A stretch of 64,000 nt of DNA from contig JBBRLQ010000006.1 of assembly GCA_038231275.1 (NCBI GenBank), positions 256,001 to 320,000 of the forward strand, in the 5' to 3' direction. Below, piece after piece: positions 28,617 to 36,734 of the stretch; position 1 is the stretch's first letter; each line of letters opens with the position of its first letter. This DNA comes from Polyangiales bacterium (GTDB lineage: Bacteria; Myxococcota_A; Polyangia; Polyangiales; Polyangiaceae). Below the pieces are notes generated by a model. It was not told the DNA's origin. It saw only the letters and a list, made by a program, of their open reading frames with translations, and ran no database searches. The position numbers and the translations under genes are program-made.

Positions 28617-29446
28617 GCAAGCTCGTCGGCATCTGGGGGCGACCGTACGTGGACCTCTCGCCGTTCCTCGACACGTCGTGCTTTCCGGAGCTCGACGCCG
28701 AGATCAGCCGCGCGCTCGCCGTCGTCGAGACGAGCTACACCGGCGGCACCCTCAAGTGGATGGGGGTCGTCGCACCCTGGGTGGTGAACGACGGGTACCG
28801 CGACGCGATGCACGTCATCGAAGGGCTCGCGCGCGACGAGCTCGCGGCGTTCGTGTCGCTCGGCGACGATCCCGACGACGTCGATCTCGACGATCCCCCC
28901 GCGTTCGGCGACGAGACCGATCGCCCGTTCACGCTGGCGCAGATGCGCTGGCTCAGCGTGCGACACGGCGCATACTTCCCGTGGAAGGCATGCTTCCACC
29001 TCCTCGAGAACGATCGCTGGGAGGACAAGCACTCGGGGTCGGGCAAGGAGTTCACTGCGGCGGCGCGCGAGCACATGCCCAAGACGGTGGCGTTCGTGGA
29101 GTCGCTCCCGTTTCGCGAGATCGGGCGGGCCGTGCTCTTCGGCATCGAGCCGAACGATCACGCGCCTGCGCATCGCGACACCGAGCCGGGCACCACGCTC
29201 GAAATCGCGCAGTCGATCAGCTTCGATCCGCGCGGCGGCAAGGGGCTCTACCTCCGCGATCCGGACGGCGGCAGCCACACGCGGATCGACGCGCCGGTCT
29301 TCTGGTTCAACGACATGGACTACCACGGCGTCCTCGCGGCCCCGCGCTTCCGGTACTCGATCCGCGTCGACGGCGTCTTCGAGCCCGCGTTCGCGAAGCG
29401 GCTCGAGGCCGCCCACGTCACCCGCGGACGAGCACCGGGCAGCTGA
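28613..29446 (+). CDS. Cupin / 2OG-Fe(II) oxygenase-fold protein, paralog A
   Basis: GTGA overlap with the Rieske gene; AHRD...WFNDMDYHGV...FRYSIRVDG; clearly similar to 31596-32414. Confidence 0.7.
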   Translation: MSKLVGIWGRPYVDLSPFLDTSCFPELDAEISRALAVVETSYTGGTLKWMGVVAPWVVNDGYRDAMHVIEGLARDELAAFVSLGDDPDDVDLDDPPAFGDETDRPFTLAQMRWLSVRHGAYFPWKACFHLLENDRWEDKHSGSGKEFTAAAREHMPKTVAFVESLPFREIGRAVLFGIEPNDHAPAHRDTEPGTTLEIAQSISFDPRGGKGLYLRDPDGGSHTRIDAPVFWFNDMDYHGVLAAPRFRYSIRVDGVFEPAFAKRLEAAHVTRGRAPGS

Positions 29447-30689
29447 GCGCGCGCGCGTCGGTCGGCCCTTCCTGCGCGCGCGCATAAATTCCGGCGGCGC
29501 GGCCGGCGACGACGTAGACGCCGTAGTTGATCGCTTGCTTTTGCGCGTCGAGCTTCGCCGAAAAATAGCGCTGCGCGACCCAGTGCCCCTTGCGCGCGAG
29601 CTCGATCGAGGTCGCCCACGTCGCCGCGTCGACGGCGCGGCCGACGGTGACCTCCTCGCCCTCCGCGCCGTAGTCGCTCTTCAGGACCCACTCGTCCTTC
29701 TGCGCGCGGAGCTGCTCGGCATGCAACGTCTCGAAGCGCGAGGTCACCGGGACGTAGCGCTCGATGATCTCCTGCGCCTCGCTCGAGAAACGATGGATGT
29801 GCTCCCACATGAGCGCCATGCTCCGCTTGTTCTGCGGGAGGACGGCGCCGAACGGGTTCACGATCGACACGCGCCGATCCAGTGACGCCTCGAGCGCGGC
29901 GGCGAGCGGCTCGCGAAGGGGCTCGGGATCGGCGAGATCTTCGTCGGTCCACGCCGAGACGCGCTCGCCCCACCAGTCGGTCTTGTAGTGACGCACCATC
30001 ACGTCGATCGGCGTGTCGAAGAGGCAGAGCGCGCCGTCGTCGCGACGCGAGAGGTTGAACGGAGAGCCGAGGACGGTCGTATGGCCGCGCGCCTCCAGCC
30101 AGCGCTTGTAGAGGCGCACGAGCGCGAGGTCTTCGGTGAACTCTGTGGGGTACACGAGGCCGACCTTGCGCGGCGCGCGCGGATCTCCGCCGAGCTCACG
30201 GGCCGCCAGCGCGCCGAGCATCGCGCCGAAGCTCGGCTCCAGCGCTTCGTTCGGGTCGACGAGGCCGGCGTGGGCGGCGCGCGCGATGCGGCCGAGCGCG
30301 ACCGCTTCTGCTTCGCCGGTGGGCGTGTCGCAGTTCAGCTCCGCGACCGCGACGCCGTCGTCGGTGAAGAAGAGATCGGCGCGCGCGAGCCCATGCCACA
30401 GCGGCTGCGACGCCGCCCACATCGCCTTTTGCCACGGCGTCATTGCGAAGAAGCCGTCGAGGAGCGCGGGCTCGTCGCGGACGAGCGTGCAAAGCTCGTT
30501 GTAGACGCTTGCGATCCGCTCGGCCGCAGAGGCCAGCGCACGCCACTCGCGCGCGTCGAGGACGATGGGCTCCTCACGGAAGCGCGGGGCGCCGTCGAGC
30601 CACGGATCGGTCAACGTGCCGTCGCGCGTGAGCTCGCGGGCGAACGCGTCGTAGCGCTGAACGGCCCCCTGATCCACGTCCTCGCCCAT
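29418..30689 (-). CDS. Glutathionylspermidine-synthase-like ATP-grasp ligase (no amidase domain)
   Basis: RADL......ELNCDTPTG, ED, NKRSMALMW, WVLK..YGAEG..V, WVAQRY. Confidence 0.88.
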   Translation of the reverse strand: MGEDVDQGAVQRYDAFARELTRDGTLTDPWLDGAPRFREEPIVLDAREWRALASAAERIASVYNELCTLVRDEPALLDGFFAMTPWQKAMWAASQPLWHGLARADLFFTDDGVAVAELNCDTPTGEAEAVALGRIARAAHAGLVDPNEALEPSFGAMLGALAARELGGDPRAPRKVGLVYPTEFTEDLALVRLYKRWLEARGHTTVLGSPFNLSRRDDGALCLFDTPIDVMVRHYKTDWWGERVSAWTDEDLADPEPLREPLAAALEASLDRRVSIVNPFGAVLPQNKRSMALMWEHIHRFSSEAQEIIERYVPVTSRFETLHAEQLRAQKDEWVLKSDYGAEGEEVTVGRAVDAATWATSIELARKGHWVAQRYFSAKLDAQKQAINYGVYVVAGRAAGIYARAQEGPTDARALSCPVLVRG

Positions 30690-30696
30690 GGCGACG

Positions 30697-31551
30697 TCAC
30701 CCGAGCTGAGCGATGGCCAGCGCCGCCCCGACGTAGGTTGCCGCCTCGAGCGCGCCCATCCCTACGTTGCGCTCGGCCCCCACCGCCGCATCGAGCCGCC
30801 CGCCGCGCACGGCGAAGGGCGCCCGCATCAGCACCATCTGCACGAAGACCTGACGCACCGGATAAAGTGCCACGAGCGCGACGAGCGCCTTGCCATACGC
30901 GCGCAGCGACACCTGCCACCCCTCGAACTCCCCGTCGAGAGCATGCGCGACGACGATGGAGACTGCGACGACGAGCCCCGCGTAGCTGAGCGCGGCGGCC
31001 AGGTTCTCACCCGCGATCTGCTCGGCGTCGTCGTACGTCGTCAGCGCGCGGAAGAGCAGCGCGAAGGCGTGGAGCGTGATCTGCGCGAGCACGAAGAAGA
31101 CGAGGGAGAGCCCCATTCCCCGCAAATCGCTGCCGACGATGGCGTGCGCGGTGACGATGCCGGTCGCGACGTAGTTGGCCCCCGCGGCGACTCCCGCGGC
31201 GACGTTGCCGCGCGCGAGCTCGGCGGGGAGACGCGACGACAAGAGGAGCTGCACACCGAGCCGTCCGGTCAAGCTGACGAGCGCGACGCCGAGCACGCCG
31301 AACGCGGCGACCCACGTGACGTCATGCTCGATGCTCTCGCCGGTGACGCCGTTCTTCACGACCGAGGTCGCGACCATGAAGACCGCGAGCACTTGCCCGA
31401 CGCGCTTCAGGCGCCGCGCGACGTTCCCCTGGTTCAAATCGTGGCTGACCGGGTGCTCGTACATGAAGCGCTGCATCACCGTGAAGACGACGAGGAGAGC
31501 GAGCGTGCTCGCGACCGCGAAGCTCGCGATGTAAACGGACCCGACCTCCAT
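30697..31551 (-). CDS. DUF350 (YjfL/UPF0719) membrane protein with duplicated domains
   Basis: Multi-TM; repeated GNVA / GNVAAG / GENLAAA / RNVGMG motifs, and YDD.EQI. Confidence 0.85.
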   Translation of the reverse strand: MEVGSVYIASFAVASTLALLVVFTVMQRFMYEHPVSHDLNQGNVARRLKRVGQVLAVFMVATSVVKNGVTGESIEHDVTWVAAFGVLGVALVSLTGRLGVQLLLSSRLPAELARGNVAAGVAAGANYVATGIVTAHAIVGSDLRGMGLSLVFFVLAQITLHAFALLFRALTTYDDAEQIAGENLAAALSYAGLVVAVSIVVAHALDGEFEGWQVSLRAYGKALVALVALYPVRQVFVQMVLMRAPFAVRGGRLDAAVGAERNVGMGALEAATYVGAALAIAQLG

Positions 31552-31595
31552 GGTGCGAAGCTAGAAGATGCCAGGGGTGACGTATAGTGGGGAGC

Positions 31596-32414
31596 GTGGG
31601 GCTCGTCGGCATTTTCGGGCGGCCGTTCCTCGATCTCGCGCCGCTTCTGGATTTGTCGGGATTGGACGAAATCCACGAAGAGATCTGCCTCGCGCTCGCG
31701 AAGGCCCCCGTCGACTACACGGGCGGGAGCCATCGCTCCATGGGCATCATGCCGAAGGGATGCGAAGCGGAGGCGCTCGTCGATTACGGCGAGGTGATCG
31801 GGGCCATGAGCGACGCGCAGTTCGCGACCTTCCGATCGCTCGCCGACGATCCCGACGCGATCCCGGAGGACGCGCGCGCCTCGGGGCAGTTCGGCGAGGA
31901 GCGCGATCATCCCCTGTCTCGTCGGCAGATGCTCTGGCTCAAAGTGCGTTTCGGCGTGTATTTCCCGTGGAAGGCGTACGTCGAGCTGATCCCGAACCGT
32001 TATTGGACCGGCAAGAGCGACGGGGCCGGCAAGGATTTCACGGGGCGCGCGAAGGCCTTCTTCCCGAAGACCGTCGCGTTCTTGAGGGCGCTCCCGTTCA
32101 CCCAGATTGGCCGCGCCAACGTGATGGGGCTCGAGGCCAACGACCACGGCACGCTGCACCGCGACGGCGATCCGTCCGAGCGGACGCTGCCGGATCACTT
32201 CGTCACGCTGTGCCCCGCGAACGACAAGGGCCTCTACCTGTGGGACGAGGGGGCTCGGGAGAAGACGTACGTGCGCGGGCGCGCGGTGTGGTTCAACGAC
32301 GTCGACTACCACGGGGTCGACGCGGCGCCGCACTTTCGATACTCCCTACGGGTGGACGGGATCTTCCAGGGCGACTTCCTCGCGCGCGCGAGAGAGGCGG
32401 CGCAGGGCCGATGA
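31596..32414 (+). CDS. Cupin / 2OG-Fe(II) oxygenase-fold protein, paralog B
   Basis: LVGIFGRP..DL, YTGG, YFPWK, LHRD...WFNDVDYHGV...FRYSLRVDG. GTG start at 31587 or 31596. Confidence 0.7.
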   Translation: MGLVGIFGRPFLDLAPLLDLSGLDEIHEEICLALAKAPVDYTGGSHRSMGIMPKGCEAEALVDYGEVIGAMSDAQFATFRSLADDPDAIPEDARASGQFGEERDHPLSRRQMLWLKVRFGVYFPWKAYVELIPNRYWTGKSDGAGKDFTGRAKAFFPKTVAFLRALPFTQIGRANVMGLEANDHGTLHRDGDPSERTLPDHFVTLCPANDKGLYLWDEGAREKTYVRGRAVWFNDVDYHGVDAAPHFRYSLRVDGIFQGDFLARAREAAQGR

Positions 32415-33823
32415 GCGAGCCGACCGATCCTCCGTTCCAGCGCGACGAGCTCGTCGACAAGCCGGGCATCGTCGGCGCGCGGTGGTGGCAAGAGGGGCTC
32501 GATCAAGCCGATCCGGTGGCGCGGCGCACCGCGCTCAAGGTGATGTTCGGCGCGGCGATCGGTATCGCTGCCGTCGGTGGCCTCGTCGCCCTCATCGCGA
32601 AGAGCTCCGCGCCCAGCGTTCCTGGCACGGGCTCGGCCTCGGACTACGACACGACGCAGACGCGAAAGGCGCTCGTCCTTCAGCGCGAGTACGGGTGGAG
32701 CTTCGGCGCGCCGGGAGAGGCGCTGGTGTTCGACGGGCAATCGACCGCGCCGTTCGATCGCGCCGCCCTCGCGCGGCTCGCCGACGATCTCTCGCCGTCT
32801 CGCGCGGCGCTGCGCCCGTTCTTCGTGCCGACGCTTCTCGAGTCGGTCACCGCCCAGAGGAAGACGGTCCCCGCCGGCGATCCCGCGCCGTTCGTCCCGG
32901 TCGGCGACGTTCTCCAGCCGATTTTCACGCCCGCGATGGGCGCCGCGTTCCGCTCGGGCCGCGCGCTGGCGAGCCTCTTCGACGCCAAGAAGCACCCCGG
33001 CGCGCCGCCGATCGCGCTCGTCGTGGATTTGCCCGGGCCCGAATCGATCGCGTTCGCCGCCGGCGCGATCGGCGCGTTCGATCCGGTGCTCCTCTTCGAC
33101 AACTGGCCGCACCCGCGCGGCGTCGTGAAGGCGCACCTCACCCTCGCCGCCGCCGCGTATTTTCAGCCTCTCTTCGCGAAGGCGCGACAGCGAAGCAACC
33201 AGGCGCCGCCGATGTTCCTCCTCGATCGCGGGCGCCTCGCGCCCTACACCGACGACGCCACGCAGTTCGACAACCGGTGCATCGCGCGGATGCCTAGCGC
33301 GACGCGGCTGGCCGCGCTCGGGCTCGCGCACATGCTCTGCGTCGTGCCCTCCTCCAGCGACACGCGCGAGTCGGACGATCTCAACGAGGACTTCGTGGAC
33401 GCCGCGCGCAGCAACATGCAGGTGCGCCTCGTCGCGGATGACGCCTTCGGCCCCGACCCCGACGCGATTCCGTCCGTGCACGTCGTGGACGCCGGGACGT
33501 CACCGATGCCGACGCCCGACGCGCCGCTCCACTACTACGGGCGGCAGGCCGCGACGGACGGGTGGTTCTGGGTCGATTATCCCTGGAGCGGCACGTCCGC
33601 GAAGGCGCGCGAGCCCACGTTTCCACGACCCGGTTCTACGTACGTCCCGACGCCGCGATCGAGCGCGTTCTCGAGCGGGCTGCCGGTATCACCGATGCAT
33701 CCGACACCGAGCGACTTCGGTGCGGTGCCGGTCGTGATCGCCGTCGCGACCGGCGCGATCATCGGCGCGCGCATGAGCCGGAATGGCTCGTGGACGCGCT
33801 CGTCGGGATGGGGAGGCGGCTGA
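32411..33823 (+). CDS. Hypothetical exported or membrane-anchored protein with twin-Arg-like motif and Gly-rich C-terminal tail
   Basis: ATGA overlap with paralog B; ARRTALK followed by a hydrophobic helix; ends ...SRNGSWTRSSGWGGG. Confidence 0.75.
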   Translation: MSEPTDPPFQRDELVDKPGIVGARWWQEGLDQADPVARRTALKVMFGAAIGIAAVGGLVALIAKSSAPSVPGTGSASDYDTTQTRKALVLQREYGWSFGAPGEALVFDGQSTAPFDRAALARLADDLSPSRAALRPFFVPTLLESVTAQRKTVPAGDPAPFVPVGDVLQPIFTPAMGAAFRSGRALASLFDAKKHPGAPPIALVVDLPGPESIAFAAGAIGAFDPVLLFDNWPHPRGVVKAHLTLAAAAYFQPLFAKARQRSNQAPPMFLLDRGRLAPYTDDATQFDNRCIARMPSATRLAALGLAHMLCVVPSSSDTRESDDLNEDFVDAARSNMQVRLVADDAFGPDPDAIPSVHVVDAGTSPMPTPDAPLHYYGRQAATDGWFWVDYPWSGTSAKAREPTFPRPGSTYVPTPRSSAFSSGLPVSPMHPTPSDFGAVPVVIAVATGAIIGARMSRNGSWTRSSGWGGG

Positions 33824-33824
33824 C

Positions 33825-34391
33825 GTGCCTCGCTCGATCTTCGCCATGGAGCTGTGCTTCCCGTACAGCGACGGCCTGCACACGACGCTTCGCGCGCACG
33901 TCACGTCGCAGCCGATCGCGGCGGGGCACCAGCAGAAGTGGGAGCTGTACCGGGCGCTGCGCGCCGATCTCTACCAAGCGCTCGCGACGGTCGAGCGCGG
34001 CTGCTGGGACTACTTCGACGACGACGCGCGTGCGCAGAGCGACTACCGCATGTGGGTGAACGGCATGCTCACCGACGAGACGGCGCGCACGTCGCCTTCG
34101 GAGCCCGTCGACCCTTACCGTGGGGGCGCGCGGTACATGACGCTCACGATGGCCTTCTTGATCGCGCAGGACACGCCGACCGACGCGGCAGTGGGCGCGC
34201 TCTGCAAGGTGCCCGACGGAAGCCTCTGGGAGCGCGGCGTGTTCGCGCGGATCGTGCGCGGGCTCGACGTCCTGAACTTCGCGAGCGTGGAGAGCGACGT
34301 TCTCTACCTCATCCCTCGGGACGGCGACTACGCGCTCACGGCGTCGGACATGTCCGAGGAAAAATTCTCGTACCTGCGTCCGCTGCACTGA
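33825..34391 (+). CDS. Hypothetical protein, DUF1517-like
   Basis: RYMTLTMAFL and VLYLIPRDGDYALTASDM...YLRPL resemble the DUF1517 pattern as I recall it (YIVVTLLVA; VLWTP...DTLT..EL...YP.L.PL). Family call is tentative. Confidence 0.6.
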   Translation: MPRSIFAMELCFPYSDGLHTTLRAHVTSQPIAAGHQQKWELYRALRADLYQALATVERGCWDYFDDDARAQSDYRMWVNGMLTDETARTSPSEPVDPYRGGARYMTLTMAFLIAQDTPTDAAVGALCKVPDGSLWERGVFARIVRGLDVLNFASVESDVLYLIPRDGDYALTASDMSEEKFSYLRPLH

Positions 34392-34411
34392 ACGTCGCGC
34401 GCGCCGCGCGG

Positions 34412-35182
34412 CTAGAACCACGTCTCCCACACGCCGGGATCGAGCTCGGCGGCGTGGAGTGTGATCGATACGCGATCACGCGCGCCGGAGAACGGGAGGA
34501 TCTGGTGGAGGCGATGGCTGTCGAACGCGATGAGATCGCCCACCCCGTAGGCGAGGACGACGCTCTTCGCACGCTCGTCCTTCCGCGTGGGATGTTCCCG
34601 GCCGTGGTAGCGCGCGTCCCAGAGACGCAGACCTCCGCCCCCTTCGGGGACGTCCAGCATGATCACCACCGACACCGCGCGCCGATTCTCTGCGAGGTGT
34701 CGCTCGGTCAGGCCCTCGACGTCGAAGTGCCGGACGCCGCCGCGCGACGCCACCTCGCCTCCGGCCGGGAAGACGTGGACGCCGGCGCTGCACCAGCCTC
34801 GTCGCGCGCGCGCGTGGCCGCCCGTGAGGTCGGCCACGAGGTCCCGCATCCGCGCTTGCATGCCGGGGAGCACGCGTTCGACGCACGCGTCGGAGTCGGC
34901 GGCGCGCGCAAAATACTCGGCCGCGAGCGACGTTTCGAGATGGGTGTAGAATGCACGACCAAGCGAGAACTGCGCGCCACCGAAATCGTGGTTCCAGGCG
35001 TCGCGCGCGCGATGGACCGCCTCGCACGCGCGGGCGCACTCGTCCGGCCCGAAGAGCCGCGGCACGACCACACCGAGCCGGGCAGGCACACCGAAGAGCG
35101 CGCGCGCGGCGCCATCCGTCGACGTCCCCCGCGCGATCTCGGGCGGAGCCGACGACGCGGGCGTAGAGCGGCGGGCCTGCAC
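34412..35182 (-). CDS. 2OG-Fe(II) oxygenase
   Basis: HFD...GGGLRLW...GDLIAFDSHRLHQI...RVSIT (HxD...H...RxS). Confidence 0.8.
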   Translation of the reverse strand: MQARRSTPASSAPPEIARGTSTDGAARALFGVPARLGVVVPRLFGPDECARACEAVHRARDAWNHDFGGAQFSLGRAFYTHLETSLAAEYFARAADSDACVERVLPGMQARMRDLVADLTGGHARARRGWCSAGVHVFPAGGEVASRGGVRHFDVEGLTERHLAENRRAVSVVIMLDVPEGGGGLRLWDARYHGREHPTRKDERAKSVVLAYGVGDLIAFDSHRLHQILPFSGARDRVSITLHAAELDPGVWETWF

Positions 35183-35259
35183 GCCTCGATGCTATCGCAG
35201 ACGGCGCCAGCGCTTTACTTCGCCGACCGCCGACACCACAAGAGAGCTGGGGGTCCTCG

Positions 35260-36216
35260 TTGAAGAAGTGGAAGAAGACGCGCACGGCGCTCGCGGTACT
35301 CGTTCTTCTGACGGGGCTCTTCGCGTCGACGTTCACGGCCTGCCCGCTGCCAGCTCCGGCCGCTCTCGTTGCTCCTCTGCCGCCCGCGTCGCCGCCCGTG
35401 GAGATGGCGCTCTTTCAGCTCTCGACGGGCGTCACGCACCGCACCGCGGCGTTCGCGTACCGGGGCGGCGCGTTCGGCGACACCCGCGAGTTCGCGATGA
35501 CCGCCGCGCTCGTGAAGCACCCGCGCGGAGACCTCCTCATCGACACCGGATTCGGGCGCGACATCGACGCGCACTTCCAGTCGCTGCCGTTTCCGTTCCG
35601 CGCGGTGACGAGCTACGCGCGAACGCGCAGCGTTGCAGAGCAACTCGACGACGCCGGCTACGATCGCAAGGCCCTCCGCGCGATCATCCTCACGCACGCG
35701 CACTGGGACCACGTGAGCGGCATCCCCGAGCTGCAGGGAACACCGGTGCGTGTGACGGCGGAAGAGCGGCGCTTCATCCGCGACGGCGGCGAGCTGTCGG
35801 CGCTCGTCCGGAGCTTCCCGAACGTGACGTACGAAGAGTACGGCTTCGAGGGAGGTCCTTACCTCGGCTTTCCGACGAGCCACGACGTGTACGGCGACGG
35901 CGCGATCGTCATCGTGCCGGCGCCCGGGCACACGCCGGGATCGGTGATCGTGTTCGTCACGCTCCCCGGCGACCGGCGCTACGCGTTCGTGGGGGATCTG
36001 GTGTGGCAGCGCGAAGGGATCACCGAACGCGAGGAGCGTCCGTGGCTGCAGCGCAGCCTTGGGGACTCCGATCCGAGCGAGGTACGCGTCGCGATCCTTC
36101 GCATGGCGGCGATCGCCGAGCGTTTCCCGGCGATCACGCTGGTACCCGCGCACGAGCGGCGCGGCTTCGAAGGAATTCCGACGCTCGAAGCTCGGCCCAA
36201 GCGCAGGGCGCCATGA
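35260..36216 (+). CDS. Secreted MBL-fold metallohydrolase (AHL-lactonase-like)
   Basis: IDTG, THAHWDH, PGHTPGS, VGD, PAH; N-terminal hydrophobic signal. Confidence 0.88.
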   Translation: MKKWKKTRTALAVLVLLTGLFASTFTACPLPAPAALVAPLPPASPPVEMALFQLSTGVTHRTAAFAYRGGAFGDTREFAMTAALVKHPRGDLLIDTGFGRDIDAHFQSLPFPFRAVTSYARTRSVAEQLDDAGYDRKALRAIILTHAHWDHVSGIPELQGTPVRVTAEERRFIRDGGELSALVRSFPNVTYEEYGFEGGPYLGFPTSHDVYGDGAIVIVPAPGHTPGSVIVFVTLPGDRRYAFVGDLVWQREGITEREERPWLQRSLGDSDPSEVRVAILRMAAIAERFPAITLVPAHERRGFEGIPTLEARPKRRAP

Positions 36217-36264
36217 CGGAATCTCGGCAGGTCGGGTAAAATCGCCACCGGCATGTCGCCACCA

Positions 36265-36292
36265 TGTCGAGAACCGCCCCGCGGCTCCGATC
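36265..36292 (+). promoter_or_regulatory. Candidate ECF42-type autoregulated promoter
   Basis: TGTCGA-N17-CGATC upstream of the YciI-ECF pair. It resembles the TGTCGA / CG(A/T)C consensus I recall for ECF42; the -10 match is imperfect. Confidence 0.45.
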
Positions 36293-36338
36293 ACGGTATG
36301 AACGCGCGCATCGGAGCGCGCCCAACGAGGAGTCGTCG

Positions 36339-36734
36339 ATGAAATACATGATGATGATGAACGTCCCCGCCGGTGGCACCTACAAGATCTTCTCTTGGCC
36401 GAAGGAGGACATCCACCGGCACATCGCGTTCATGAAGACCTTCGCCACGAAGCTCCGCGCGTCGGGCGAGCTCGTTTCGGCCGAGGGTTTGTCGGGCCCT
36501 GATCAGGCGAAGCTCGTCCGGGCAGGCAAGGACGGCAAGCCTATTACCGACGGCGTCTTCCCGGAGGCCAAGGAGTTTCTGGCCGGCTATTGGATCGTGG
36601 ACGTCGAGACGACGGAGCGCGTCCTCGAGCTCGCCGCAGAGGCGTCGGCGGCGCCTGGCCCCGGCGGCGCGCCACTGAACATGGCCATCGAAGTGCGTCA
36701 GGTGATGAGCGCTCCGCCCAAAGAGCTCCTCTGA
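36339..36734 (+). CDS. YciI/DGPF family protein
   Basis: MKYMMM, TDGVFPEAKEFLAGYWIVDV, IEVR. Confidence 0.92.
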   Translation: MKYMMMMNVPAGGTYKIFSWPKEDIHRHIAFMKTFATKLRASGELVSAEGLSGPDQAKLVRAGKDGKPITDGVFPEAKEFLAGYWIVDVETTERVLELAAEASAAPGPGGAPLNMAIEVRQVMSAPPKELL

